Source of the DNA: Acidobacteriota bacterium
Lineage (GTDB): Bacteria > Acidobacteriota > UBA6911 > RPQK01 > JAJDTT01
Length of the DNA: 64,000 nucleotides
Assembly (NCBI GenBank): GCA_965217775.1
Contig: CBDCJH010000002.1
Coordinates: 1,760,001 to 1,824,000 of the forward strand
Direction: 5' to 3'
Below are positions 28,158-38,342 of this stretch, one piece after another. The position numbers and the translations under genes were made by a program. Below the pieces are notes generated by a model. The model searched no databases. It was not told the origin of the DNA and worked only from the letters and a program-made list of their open reading frames with translations. Position 1 is the stretch's first letter. Each line of letters opens with the position of its first letter.

Positions 28158-31100
28158 TCAGTGTCCGGAAGAGGGCGGAACCGACGAAAGGAACGTCCGG
28201 CCGTTTCCGAACAGCTCCTGGGCGACCACTCGGCCCGGAGTCGACTCCAGGACCACGAATCCGCCCAGGAGACCTCGGGATTGAGGAACCAGGTTCTGGA
28301 TCAGGTCGGAGAATCTGGCTTTCGGCTCCAGCATTTTCCTGGCGGCCTCACCCTGCAGGGTTCCCTGCGAGTCGAATACCTTGAGGTTCACTTCCGTGGT
28401 GACGTCGCCCGGATTGAAGACCGCGATCCCCGTAAAGATAGGTGGCAACGTATCTCCGGGCTGGCGCTCACCGTTGGCCACCTGGCTGAAGACGGCCCGT
28501 CTGAGAGGCTCGGTCTGCAGCGTCAGGGCAGCCGCGTACTCTCCGCCGACGGGGTCTCCGAAAATGACGTCGCCGATCAATCCGGGTTGGGTGCTGTCGA
28601 CTTCGACGGAACCGACGAGTATGGATTGCGGCGGCACCTCGAGGGCGAAGATCTCCGACGCGTTCCCCCGAAAGCTCTCCTGGGGTGCGAGCCGAAGCCG
28701 GTAGGATCGGCCCAATCTGTTCCCGTCCGAGAGAAACGCAGCCAGCCGGACCTCCGTCTCCTCCTCCCCCGAGTTGATCAGCTTGATGCTGGTGAAATAC
28801 CCCCCGGCGTCTCCGGTCCCTTCCCCGCTCGCCAATTGGGCCGAGTAGAGCCTGCGTGCCTCGCCGGTTTCGGTTGCGTTGAGTCCCAGGACCGTATCTC
28901 CCAGCTCGATCAATTGGAACCCGACCACACCGGAACCCTGTGTGACCTCAACTTGGACGTGACCGTGGGAAACGCCCCCCAGGGAACCGAACAGGTCCGT
29001 AATCGACCCCGCCAGCCGGCTGTAGCCTGCGAGGGTGAAGGTTATCGGTCCCCCCATCGGAGCGCCGTCCGCTCCGTACAGGGTCAGGCGTACTTCAGTC
29101 GTTTGATCCGTGGTATTCGCCAGGGCCAGGGTCGTCCTCGCGGTCTGGTCGCTGCTTCCGGAAGGGAACGCCCCCGGACCTTCGAAGATCCGCGTGAAAT
29201 AGAGCAGCCGGGACCCGGAGGAGAACGCCACCGCTCCGTCCATCTTGGTGGAGGGTCCCGTGAGGCCGTTGCCGTAGAGGAAGAAGCCGGCCAGCTCGGG
29301 CGTCGAGGATCGTATCCGCATCCAGCCCTCACGACGTGCGTTCAGTTGGGCCTCGAAGAACTCCCGGCCCAGCCGCGCCAACTGTTGACCGGCCCCGACC
29401 TGACGGACGCTGGGGCTCAAGGGAAAGAGTGGATCACCGTCGTCCGAGAACACCTCCAGCGCCATGACGGCGTCGGTCTTGGAATCGTTGGTCACGGCGA
29501 AACCGCTGAAATCGTTCAGGTCCCCGCGATAGAACGGAAAGAGCAGCTCCCGGCCGGGAGCAGTGAAGAGGACCTGCCGCCCCGACAGATCAAAATCGAA
29601 TTCCGAGAAAACCTGGAAAAGACCTGACGGCCCGAACTCGTAAGCTACGGGGTCCTCGCTGAAGTCGACAGCCCGTGCCGAGGCACCGGAGCCGGGAGTG
29701 ATGCCCACGATGGCCTGGATATCCTCCGGGTCCGGCGTCACGTCCACCTCCCCGTAATCCAGGAGGATGTCGCCGTTGGAGAACAGGGTCACGGAAAAAT
29801 CATTTCCGGGACGGGTCCCCGCCAAGGTGAACTCCGGAACACCGTCCCAGATGAAGGTCAAAGACCCTGCGCCGGCCTCGGCCCGGACCTCGCCGCCGGC
29901 CTCCGGGTCCAGATCGCTGAAGAAAAGGGCGATACGTGGAGGCCCGGAGAGGAAGCGCCTTCGGCTTCGACTGACTCCGGGCTGACCGTCCCCGATCCCG
30001 AACGTCAGGTTCCCATCGCTGTTGACCACAACCTGGGTATAGGTGGTGCCAAAGAACGGGAAGGAGAATCCCTCCGGGAACTCGTAAATCATCTCGTCGT
30101 CGTCCTCGAGGAGCGAGAGCTGGTTGACTTCTTCGTTGGTCTGCAGATCGATTCCGGAGACCACCTCGCCCGCGGCGACCTCCACGACCACCTTCTCCGT
30201 CGGATCGTCCTCCGACGTTCCCGACTCACCGTCGCCGTTGTAGTAATCCTTGGGAAAATCGGAGAAACGGACATCGTAAGGACCCACGGAGCTGCCCTCC
30301 GTGAAATCCGGGTCCAGCGGTTCGATGAAGACCACGTAGGTCCCGGGCGGCAGACCCGGCAGTTGGTAGGCACCGTCGTCGGTGACCAGAAAATCGGAGA
30401 CCACACCAACCTGTTCACCCGGGACTTCCGTCAGGTTGCCTTCCGCGTCACGTTCTACTGCCGCGGCCACGACGTTGGCGCCAAGGACGGGGGCTCCGGT
30501 CCGCCTCAGCACCCGGCCCCGGATGGTTCCGGTCTCCGCGGCAAAGGACTCCTCCGGATAAAGCCAGGAGATCCAGATCGCATCGTCCCGCAACGGTTCA
30601 TCGGTGCCAAAGAACGTGCCCACGGGGTACATGACCGGAACCAAGGCGACATCCCCGAGATCGTCGCTTTCGAACCATTCCCTGCCCGCTTGGGTATGGT
30701 CCAGTCCCAAGAGGTGGCCGACCTCGTGCATGGTCGCACGGTAGAAAAAGTCCGGCTGGGATGCCGGACTCTTGCCGATCACGGTGTACCCAAACGAATA
30801 CTCCAGAGCTTCTTCGTCGACAAACCTGATAGCGGCAAACCCCAGAATGTTATCGGCGGCCCCCTCTCCCAGAATGCTGTTCGCGATCTCGCCGTCCTGA
30901 TCGAAGATGACGAGGTTCTCGCGGCGCTCACTCTGGAAATATTCGGAGAAGTTGGAGCCATCGACGTTCTCGTCCAAAAACCGGGGCTCGGGATTTTGAA
31001 CCTGGAGCGAGGAGGTCTCCACGTCCACCCAGGCCTGGAGCGCCTCGTGGACCCGCCTCCCCAGGTGGGCCCAGCGAGTTTCGGAAAACTCCTGATCGAT

Positions 31101-31268
31101 CAGGTACAGGACCGGCCTGTCGGTGTTCCACTTGAAAACCCGGCCTCCCGGGAGAACGTCTCGGGGACCGCCGCCGAAGAGGGATGATCCCAGCGCAATA
31201 ATCAGGCCAGTGACCAGGACGGCACCGAAAGCTGGAGCCGGGCGGGCATCGACGTCCCGGCTGTTCAT
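28158..31268 (-). CDS. Large exported metzincin (matrixin-like) metalloprotease with carboxypeptidase-regulatory, NIDO-like and C-terminal beta domains
   Basis: HEVGHLLGLDH plus Met-turn VMYP; GTIRGRV..GAPVLGANVVA; VNSDGNLTFG..IALFFSDLDP. Confidence 0.8.
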   Translation of the reverse strand: MNSRDVDARPAPAFGAVLVTGLIIALGSSLFGGGPRDVLPGGRVFKWNTDRPVLYLIDQEFSETRWAHLGRRVHEALQAWVDVETSSLQVQNPEPRFLDENVDGSNFSEYFQSERRENLVIFDQDGEIANSILGEGAADNILGFAAIRFVDEEALEYSFGYTVIGKSPASQPDFFYRATMHEVGHLLGLDHTQAGREWFESDDLGDVALVPVMYPVGTFFGTDEPLRDDAIWISWLYPEESFAAETGTIRGRVLRRTGAPVLGANVVAAAVERDAEGNLTEVPGEQVGVVSDFLVTDDGAYQLPGLPPGTYVVFIEPLDPDFTEGSSVGPYDVRFSDFPKDYYNGDGESGTSEDDPTEKVVVEVAAGEVVSGIDLQTNEEVNQLSLLEDDDEMIYEFPEGFSFPFFGTTYTQVVVNSDGNLTFGIGDGQPGVSRSRRRFLSGPPRIALFFSDLDPEAGGEVRAEAGAGSLTFIWDGVPEFTLAGTRPGNDFSVTLFSNGDILLDYGEVDVTPDPEDIQAIVGITPGSGASARAVDFSEDPVAYEFGPSGLFQVFSEFDFDLSGRQVLFTAPGRELLFPFYRGDLNDFSGFAVTNDSKTDAVMALEVFSDDGDPLFPLSPSVRQVGAGQQLARLGREFFEAQLNARREGWMRIRSSTPELAGFFLYGNGLTGPSTKMDGAVAFSSGSRLLYFTRIFEGPGAFPSGSSDQTARTTLALANTTDQTTEVRLTLYGADGAPMGGPITFTLAGYSRLAGSITDLFGSLGGVSHGHVQVEVTQGSGVVGFQLIELGDTVLGLNATETGEARRLYSAQLASGEGTGDAGGYFTSIKLINSGEEETEVRLAAFLSDGNRLGRSYRLRLAPQESFRGNASEIFALEVPPQSILVGSVEVDSTQPGLIGDVIFGDPVGGEYAAALTLQTEPLRRAVFSQVANGERQPGDTLPPIFTGIAVFNPGDVTTEVNLKVFDSQGTLQGEAARKMLEPKARFSDLIQNLVPQSRGLLGGFVVLESTPGRVVAQELFGNGRTFLSSVPPSSGH

Positions 31269-31957
31269 CTTGAGGTGGGCTCCTGCTTCGTCCAATAGCG
31301 GTCGATTCTACGAACCACCGACTCGAACCGATCCAACGAGATCGGCGCTCCAGGCCGCAATGCCGCCTGTTCTTGGGAGTTGAGAGTCGAACCGCGAATC
31401 TGCAGTGGACTCGCACGATGCAGGAGATTGGCGTTTCCCACCCGATTCAGTACGGTCCGGCCCTCTCGGCCACCCTTTCCGACCCGGAACATGCCCTGGG
31501 CCAAGCCTACGGGACTGGTGAGACCCAACCGGCTGTCAGGATAGAGGAACAGGAGGATTTCCTGGCCCTGGGAAAACTCGGGCAGACCCCGGATGGCTCC
31601 GGTCGCACCGCCGCTCAATTGCCGAAACCGGATAGACTCCCCGGTGTGCGCTCCCTTGATCCCACGAAGGACTTCGAAGGTGTAGGCCGTGACCGGTAGA
31701 CCGGTGGAGGGTTCCCGTCCCGGCTCGGTCTGGAGACACCTGCCCCAGAAGATGCGGTCTGCGGCGCGGACCATTTCGAAAAGATTGATGCGATCGACGC
31801 TCGCGGCTCCAAGCCCGGAAAACCAAAGCAGGAGAATGGCGGTGATCCAGCAGACCGACAGAACCAGAGTTCGAGCCCGCCTGACGCGAACCGACCCTCG
31901 AATCGGACCTGCCGCCACTATCTTGTTTCGGACGTTTCCATTTCCTATGCTGACCAT
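31265..31957 (-). CDS. Exported hypothetical protein coupled to the metalloprotease
   Basis: Signal-like segment; MVRAADRIFWGRC, LPEFSQGQEILLFLYPDSRLGLTSPVGLAQG; ATGA overlap with the protease; start uncertain. Confidence 0.65.
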   Translation of the reverse strand: MVSIGNGNVRNKIVAAGPIRGSVRVRRARTLVLSVCWITAILLLWFSGLGAASVDRINLFEMVRAADRIFWGRCLQTEPGREPSTGLPVTAYTFEVLRGIKGAHTGESIRFRQLSGGATGAIRGLPEFSQGQEILLFLYPDSRLGLTSPVGLAQGMFRVGKGGREGRTVLNRVGNANLLHRASPLQIRGSTLNSQEQAALRPGAPISLDRFESVVRRIDRYWTKQEPTSR

Positions 31958-32049
31958 GTCGCTTGTCCTGATTCCGTCCCGCTTCGCCCAATTCCATACC
32001 TATAGATTCTATTACTGATGCATTCCGCAGGAGCCGGTTTCAAAATCCC

Positions 32050-33306
32050 ATGACCGAACCTACCCTGGAAGAGACGGCTCAGAGGATCTTTGGAACCGAA
32101 GATCCGTCCGCAGTCGCCCATTGGGTCGAGTACTGGAATCAGGGGCGCGAGCGCAACACCGAGCTGCTCACGGCCTTCGAGGAGGTGTTTCTCCTGGACC
32201 TCGGCAAGCGGTGGGCCCTGGACGCCGGCTGCGGCGTCGGCAGCATGGGAGAGGTCCTCGGAGAGCGTTGCGGTCACTACGTCGGCGTGGATCTGAATCA
32301 CCACGTCCTCCGGTTCTCGGCCCCGGCGGCCCGGAGATCGTACGTTCAAACCAGCGGTCTGTCGCTCCCCTTCGTGGAGCGCTCATTCGATTGCATCTTC
32401 GCGTTCGACGTCCTGGAGCATCTCCCGGGGGGATTCCCGGACCAGGTTCGTTTCCTGACCGAGTTGCGGCGCGTCCTCAGACCCATGGGGACCATTCTCT
32501 TCACGACTCCCAACTTCTGGTATCCCTACGACGCCCATTCCCGCAGCTACTTCGCGCATTATCTTCCGGTGCGGCTGGCCGACTGGATCCATCGGCGCCG
32601 CCATCCTGCTTTCCTGAAGGAGCACGGTTCGACCGCCGACATTCCCCTGCTCACGCCTCGCCGTCTCCGGAAGTGTGTCGGCGCCAGCGGCCTCGCCCTC
32701 TTGCACGAGCTGCCCTGCTGCCTGGATCGGGATCAACTGTCCCAGCTCTCACCGCTGAAATCCATCCCCGCCTATCTGGGCTTGGGATGGTACCCCCATG
32801 CCGAGTTCTGGGGCATCCTCTGCCGTCCCGACGCCCGCTCCGGACTGCGTCTGAAGCTCAAGACCCGGCTGGTTCAGTTGGACGGGGACTCTTCCCAGGT
32901 GGTGTGGCAGGACTTCGAATCGAGGATCGACTTCGCGCGGAAATCCTTTTCCCATCAGTTGGACCGGGGCTGGTACGCCCACGAGCCAGGCCCCCCGGGT
33001 TATCGGTGGATCGCGAGGGAAGCCGTCTGCTATCTCCAGCTCGGCGGACCCGTCTCGCGCCTCCGCATTCGAGGCTTCAGTCCTCAGGGGAATCGCATCC
33101 GATTCTGGGTCGACGAGATTTGCGTGGGCGAACATCCGATGCGCCCGAAAAGCAGATTCGATCTCACTTTTTTCCTTCCTTTCACACCACCTGAGGACAG
33201 AATGGTAAGGGTTCTTCTCAACTGCGACCGGACCTATCGTCTGGAACAATCAGACGATAGGAGGGACCTGGGAGCCGTCGTCTCGTCCCTGGAACTGTTG
33301 CCATGA
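32050..33306 (+). CDS. Class I SAM-dependent methyltransferase with a C-terminal beta domain
   Basis: ALDAGCGVG, LPFVERSFDCIFAFDVLEHL, RVLRPMG..TPN. Confidence 0.85.
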   Translation: MTEPTLEETAQRIFGTEDPSAVAHWVEYWNQGRERNTELLTAFEEVFLLDLGKRWALDAGCGVGSMGEVLGERCGHYVGVDLNHHVLRFSAPAARRSYVQTSGLSLPFVERSFDCIFAFDVLEHLPGGFPDQVRFLTELRRVLRPMGTILFTTPNFWYPYDAHSRSYFAHYLPVRLADWIHRRRHPAFLKEHGSTADIPLLTPRRLRKCVGASGLALLHELPCCLDRDQLSQLSPLKSIPAYLGLGWYPHAEFWGILCRPDARSGLRLKLKTRLVQLDGDSSQVVWQDFESRIDFARKSFSHQLDRGWYAHEPGPPGYRWIAREAVCYLQLGGPVSRLRIRGFSPQGNRIRFWVDEICVGEHPMRPKSRFDLTFFLPFTPPEDRMVRVLLNCDRTYRLEQSDDRRDLGAVVSSLELLP

Positions 33307-35609
33307 TCGTCAAGTTCCTCTTGTGGCTGGGCCTGTTGCCCATGCAGTTGGGGTTGGGCCTGCTGCTGATCCTCACGGATCTGGCGCGCCATCTGGGGCT
33401 GAGATCGGTCAGGCGCCCGGGACAGACGGACCCATCGCCGGGCTCCGGAGACTGCTCCATCGTCGTGCTCAACCACAACGGAAAGGCATTGCTGCAGGAG
33501 AGTCTTCCCGCTCTGGAACGAGCCGTGGCCTACACGGAGAAACCTCATGAGGTGATCCTGGTGGACAACGGAAGTTCGGATGGCAGCGTCTCCTGGGTCA
33601 GGAATCATCTGCCCCGAATCCGCATCCTGGAGCTGGACTCCAATTTGGGGTTCGGTGAAGGCAACAACCAAGGGGTTTCCCTGGCACAGCACGAAATCGT
33701 GGTTCTCCTGAACAACGACATGGTGGTCGAAGAGGATTTCCTTCAGCCTCTGCTGGAACCGTTTTCCGACGAGCAGGTGTTCGCCGTTTCCAGCCAGATC
33801 CACTTCCCGCCGGAAAAACGGCGGGAAGAAACGGGAAACACCCAGGCCCGGATGCTCCGGGGTTTCCTCCATCTGTCCCATGAGCCGCTGAAAAAATCCC
33901 ACCGGACCCGGAAAACCCTTCCGGTCTTCTGGGCGGGCGGGGGCTCCTCGGCGTTCCGCCGCTCCCGGTTTCTGGAACTGGGCGGATTCTCCCGAATCTT
34001 CTCTCCCGCCTATCTGGAAGACACGGACCTGAGCTATCGGGCCTGGCGGCGGGGCTGGACCGTTCTCTTGGCGGCCGAGAGCCGGGTCCTCCACCGCCAC
34101 CGGAGCACCAGTTCCCGGCTCTACTCACCCGCGTTTCTGACGCGACTCCTGGGTGAGCGGAAACTGTGGTACCTGTGGAAGAACTTCCAGCTCCGGACCC
34201 TCCTGCCCCATATCCTGCTCTATCCCTGGCATCTGGGAAAAGAGTTGAGCCCGGGAGAGTATCTCCGGGCTTTAAGACGGCTTCCGGACATCCTGAGGCT
34301 CCGTTGGCGCGAACCGCCCCGGCGGCAATCGGACCGCGCCCTCATGGACGCTTGCCGAAGACCCTTGACCTACGTGCATCGGAGGGTCGAACGCTCCGCC
34401 CGGTCCGACTCGCCTCCGGACTTTCTCAAGGTACTGGTGGTCAGCGCCTATCTCCCGGTTCTGGGACGCCACGGAGGAGCCGGCCGCGTCTTCCAGTTCC
34501 TCAGCCGCGTCTCGGCACGGCACCGGATTCATCTGATCTCGTTCGTGGAGAGTGATGACGAGTCCGAGGGCGTCGATCGCCTGCGCCCCTATTGCACGAG
34601 GTTGGAGTTGGTTCCCCGGAGAGATTTCGAGCCGGTCTCCCCCTATCCCTATGAACCCTTCGAGGAATTCAACTGCCCCGATTTCCGCCGCCGATTCGAA
34701 ATGGTTCTGGAAGAGGAGGAATTCGACCTGGTTCACTACGAGTGGCCCCAGATGGCCCAGTACGACGATCTGGTTCCGGTCCGCGTGCCCAGGATCCTCA
34801 CGGAGATGGAAGTCAACTATGCCGCCCACTACAGCCGCGTTCGCCTGGCCGCCAATTTCTTTTCCAGAGTCAAGAGACATTACGATACGCTGCAGACCCT
34901 TTTCCGGGAGGTGGGGCTGTGCCGCCGCATGGACCAAGTGGTTTGCGTCACTTCCGTCGACCGCACCTACCTGGAAGGATTCTTGCCGGGAGCGAGACTG
35001 AAGATCTTGCCCACGGGCGTCGATACCTCCTACTTCATTCCCGGGAATGGCATAGTCGAGCCCAACAGCGTTCTCTACGTCGGCGCCTTTCGACATGAAC
35101 CGAACGTGGACGCCATGCTGTTTTTCGTCAGCCAGGTTCTGCCACTGCTGCTGGAGGAAATTCGGGAGACACACCTCTATATCGTAGGGTCCTCTCCCAC
35201 ACCGGAGATCCTGGCCATGGACGACCACCCGGCCATCACCGTCACCGGATTCGTGCCCGACCTGAGGGAATATTATGCCCGCGCCCAGGTCGTGGCGGTT
35301 CCCGTTCGTACCGGGGTCGGGATACGAGGCAAGGTCCTCGAAGCCTGGGCCTGCGGCAAGCCGGTCGTGGGGACTCCACTCGCCTTCCAGGGAATTCGCG
35401 CCGTCCACGGGCGGAACGCCCTCGTTGCCGAGAACCCCAAGGAGTTCGCCCTTTGGATCTCGGCTCTGATGAGGAACCCGGCATTCACGGCTCATTTGGC
35501 GGAATCAGGCCGCCGCACCGTGACCGAACACTACGATTGGGAACCAATGGCTGAACGTCTGGCAGACCTCTACGAGGAAACTGCGCGATTCAAGAGGAGT
35601 GGGAACTGA
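33303..35609 (+). CDS. Fused GT2 + GT4 glycosyltransferase
   Basis: VDNGSSDGS, LLNND, EDTDLSYR (GT2); PTGVD, GIRGKVLEAWACG (GT4). Confidence 0.9.
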   Translation: MIVKFLLWLGLLPMQLGLGLLLILTDLARHLGLRSVRRPGQTDPSPGSGDCSIVVLNHNGKALLQESLPALERAVAYTEKPHEVILVDNGSSDGSVSWVRNHLPRIRILELDSNLGFGEGNNQGVSLAQHEIVVLLNNDMVVEEDFLQPLLEPFSDEQVFAVSSQIHFPPEKRREETGNTQARMLRGFLHLSHEPLKKSHRTRKTLPVFWAGGGSSAFRRSRFLELGGFSRIFSPAYLEDTDLSYRAWRRGWTVLLAAESRVLHRHRSTSSRLYSPAFLTRLLGERKLWYLWKNFQLRTLLPHILLYPWHLGKELSPGEYLRALRRLPDILRLRWREPPRRQSDRALMDACRRPLTYVHRRVERSARSDSPPDFLKVLVVSAYLPVLGRHGGAGRVFQFLSRVSARHRIHLISFVESDDESEGVDRLRPYCTRLELVPRRDFEPVSPYPYEPFEEFNCPDFRRRFEMVLEEEEFDLVHYEWPQMAQYDDLVPVRVPRILTEMEVNYAAHYSRVRLAANFFSRVKRHYDTLQTLFREVGLCRRMDQVVCVTSVDRTYLEGFLPGARLKILPTGVDTSYFIPGNGIVEPNSVLYVGAFRHEPNVDAMLFFVSQVLPLLLEEIRETHLYIVGSSPTPEILAMDDHPAITVTGFVPDLREYYARAQVVAVPVRTGVGIRGKVLEAWACGKPVVGTPLAFQGIRAVHGRNALVAENPKEFALWISALMRNPAFTAHLAESGRRTVTEHYDWEPMAERLADLYEETARFKRSGN

Positions 35610-35656
35610 GAGGGACGATACCGGAAGCAGGCGGAGACCGGGTTCGCCACTGCCTC

Positions 35657-36049
35657 CTAATTGAAGGGGTCAGGAGAGGAATGGAAGTGAGTGAGTTTCC
35701 ATTCTCCGTTCGCCCGCTGATAAATCTCGGTCCAACGGCCCGTCTCCCGCTGCAGCCGTCCCTTGGCCTGATAGGCCATCAGATACTGGGAAGTGATCCA
35801 TCCGACGTCACCGCTGAACTCGATCTGGATGTTGTCCGTAAGTATCGTTATGTCGTGGACCCGACTGAAGTATTGATGGAGCGTATTCTCGAAGGTCTTG
35901 AAATCGGAGAAGCGGGGAGGCGGCACCTTCTCGAATACCACCGCCTGTTCCGCATAGACGCCCCTCAACGTCAGCATGTCCTTCTGCTGCCAGCCGCTGA
36001 CATGCTGCCGATGCATATTCAATAAAAGTTCTCTTGGGTTATTGCGCAT
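35657..36049 (-). CDS. NTF2/SnoaL-like (DUF4440) protein
   Basis: C-terminal GRWTEIYQRANGEWKLTHFHSS. Confidence 0.75.
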   Translation of the reverse strand: MRNNPRELLLNMHRQHVSGWQQKDMLTLRGVYAEQAVVFEKVPPPRFSDFKTFENTLHQYFSRVHDITILTDNIQIEFSGDVGWITSQYLMAYQAKGRLQRETGRWTEIYQRANGEWKLTHFHSSPDPFN

Positions 36050-36136
36050 AATTTGCTGGGGATAATACCATAATTTCTGACTTATGCCTAGTTTCCGGGC
36101 GCCGGCGCGCCCGCGGACCTTGTTTTTTGGGCAATC

Positions 36137-37243
36137 TCACCGGATAGAAGTCAGATCGGCCTCCAGCGCTTCCAGCACTCTTGCGGTCATGGCCCGTGTC
36201 CCGATGGCTCCCTCGCCGGCCGCCACCAGATCGGCCGTCCGGTGGCCCTGCAGCAGGCATGTCTCCACCGCCGCATCGATCCGGCGGGCGATGTCCTCCC
36301 GTCCCAGGGAATAACGAAACATCAGCGCCACACTGGAGATGGCGGCGAGGGGGTTCGCCTGCCCCCGTCCGGCGATGTCCGGCGCCGTTCCATGGACCGG
36401 TTCGTAGAGCCCCTTCCGGACACCCTCGGCCGGAGCTCCCAGACTGGCGGACGGCAACAGACCGATGGACCCGGCCAGCACGGCCGCCTCATCACTGAGG
36501 ATGTCCCCGAACAAGTTGGTGGACAGGAGCACGTCGAAATGCCGGGGCCGCGAGATCAACTGCATGGAGCAGTTGTCCACCAGCATGTGCTCCAATTCCA
36601 CGCCGGGGTATTCCGGTGCGACCTCCTCCACCACCGTACGCCAGAGCAGTGAGCTCTCCATGACGTTGGATTTGTCCACGCTGGTGACCAGGCGACTCCG
36701 TTCTCCGGCCAATTGGAAGGCGACCCGGGCGATCCGTTCGATCTCGTAGTCGTGGTAGATCTCCATGTTGTAGGCGCACCTGACGCCGGAACGCCGCTCG
36801 GCGCCCCGAGGTTCGCCGAAATAGATCCCGCCCGTGAGCTCTCGAACGATCATTATGTCGACGTTTTCGATGATGGATTTCTTGAATGGCGAAGTATCCA
36901 ACAGAGACGGATGGGTCTTTACGGGGCGAAGATTGGTGAACAGCCCCAACTCCTTGCGCAGTCGAAGCAGGGCCTGTTCGGGGCGCATCGGGGCGGGATT
37001 GGAGTCGAACCGGGAATCCCCCGCGGCCCCGACCAGTACGGCGTCCGCTTCTCTGCAGGCAGCGAGAACGAAATCAGGCAGGGGGTCGCCGTAGCGCTCC
37101 AAGGCGGTGCCTCCGGCCGGGAAGGTCCGAACCTCCAGTTCGAGTCCGTGGTGCCGTGCGCACCACTTCAGCACCTCGACGGCCGCAGCGATCACCTCCG
37201 GACCGATACCGTCCCCCGGCAGCACAGCGATCACGTGGGTCAT
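36137..37243 (-). CDS. leuB: 3-isopropylmalate dehydrogenase
   Basis: LPGDGIGPE, NLRPVK, VRELTGGIYFG, NLFGDILSDE, EPVHGTAPDIAG. Confidence 0.95.
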   Translation of the reverse strand: MTHVIAVLPGDGIGPEVIAAAVEVLKWCARHHGLELEVRTFPAGGTALERYGDPLPDFVLAACREADAVLVGAAGDSRFDSNPAPMRPEQALLRLRKELGLFTNLRPVKTHPSLLDTSPFKKSIIENVDIMIVRELTGGIYFGEPRGAERRSGVRCAYNMEIYHDYEIERIARVAFQLAGERSRLVTSVDKSNVMESSLLWRTVVEEVAPEYPGVELEHMLVDNCSMQLISRPRHFDVLLSTNLFGDILSDEAAVLAGSIGLLPSASLGAPAEGVRKGLYEPVHGTAPDIAGRGQANPLAAISSVALMFRYSLGREDIARRIDAAVETCLLQGHRTADLVAAGEGAIGTRAMTARVLEALEADLTSIR

Positions 37244-37393
37244 GGTTCATCCTCTCCCGCCGGCTCCTCCGGAACGAAGGGAGACTACCATAGCCCGCAT
37301 TTCTCACCAGGTCGCTACGCGTATGATGAAAAATAATCTGTTTTTGAGCATTTACGCGGAATTTTCCAAGATTTCTCCGGGACAGACTGCGCT

Positions 37394-37515
37394 GGGCGCG
37401 CGCTCGCTGGTCTTTTCGCCCTCAGCGCGTACATGCTCCCTCAAACGTAGTCACCACTATGCTCTCGGTCGCGAGCACGCGCTGAGAGCGAAAATCCTGC
37501 GCGATCGTCACGCCC
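37394..37515. repeat. Long imperfect intergenic palindrome (REP/MITE-like)
   Basis: TTTTCGCCCTCAGCGCGT (37413) pairs with ACGCGCTGAGAGCGAAAA (to 37494), 17/18; inner GTAGT/ACTAT stem; weaker outer arms. Confidence 0.7.
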
Positions 37516-37581
37516 CCTGATGAGAAATGCGGGATAGCCCCCTCCACCAGCGTCCCGGCAGGCCGACTCCCTTCCGGCGGG

Positions 37582-37590
37582 TGCTATACT
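37582..37590 (+). promoter_or_regulatory. Extended -10 promoter (TGCTATACT) for the DtxR/MntR operon
   Basis: TGnTATACT about 80 bp upstream of ATG 37668. Confidence 0.45.
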
Positions 37591-37667
37591 GTGGCGTCTC
37601 CGGCCGGATTTCGCGCTTCGGCCGGCATCGTTTCGGCAAGAAAGTCGGAGTTGGACAGACCAGAATC

Positions 37668-38342
37668 ATGGCGGCCAAGTCGACACCGGTGATCAGCCGA
37701 GCAATGGAAGATTACCTCAAGGCCATCTACCAGTTGGCCGCCGGAGACTCGCCGGTCACGACCTCCAGGGTCGCCGCCGCCATGTCTTGCCGGCCGGCCA
37801 GCGTGACCAACATGGTCCAGCGGCTTTCCGACCTCAAGCTGGTGGAATACCAGCGCTACAAGGGAGTCCGTCCGACCCCGGCCGGAATCCGGATCGCACT
37901 CGAGATCATCCGGCATCACCGGCTGCTGGAGCTGTACCTGTCCGAGGTTCTGGGTTACACCTGGGACAAGGTGCACGAGGAAGCGGAAGTCCTGGAGCAC
38001 GTCATCTCCGAGGAGTTCGAGGAAAAGATCGATCAGGCTCTGGGATACCCCAGTAAGGACCCCCACGGCGATCCCATTCCCACCAAGAAAGGCGAGATCG
38101 ACCCGGAACGGCTGGCGAGACTCTGGGATATGGTCGCCGGACAGGAAACCCGGGTGCGGAGGGTCAGCGACAGAGACCCCAATGTCCTGCGCCATCTGGC
38201 CTCCATCGGCATCTTCCCCGACGTCAAGCTGGATCTGGTGAGGCGGGACCCCTTCAACGGACCCGTCTATGTCCGGGTCAATGGAGTCGAGCACGGACTC
38301 AGCGAGGAGCTGGCGCGCCAGATCTTCGTCAGCCTGCCATGA
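37668..38342 (+). CDS. DtxR/MntR-family metal-dependent repressor with a FeoA domain
   Basis: EDYLKAIY, ASVTNMV, RHHRLLELYL, VHEEAEVLEH, DPHGDPIP. Confidence 0.93.
   Translation: MAAKSTPVISRAMEDYLKAIYQLAAGDSPVTTSRVAAAMSCRPASVTNMVQRLSDLKLVEYQRYKGVRPTPAGIRIALEIIRHHRLLELYLSEVLGYTWDKVHEEAEVLEHVISEEFEEKIDQALGYPSKDPHGDPIPTKKGEIDPERLARLWDMVAGQETRVRRVSDRDPNVLRHLASIGIFPDVKLDLVRRDPFNGPVYVRVNGVEHGLSEELARQIFVSLP

Noticed and set aside
36040-36075. TGCGCATAA resembling the XerC arm of dif
   Set aside because: It is the reverse strand of the SnoaL gene start codon region, and no XerD arm follows.
37649-37666. Second operator copy upstream of the DtxR/MntR gene
   Set aside because: Only about 9/16 match to the 13419 palindrome; not distinguishable from chance.
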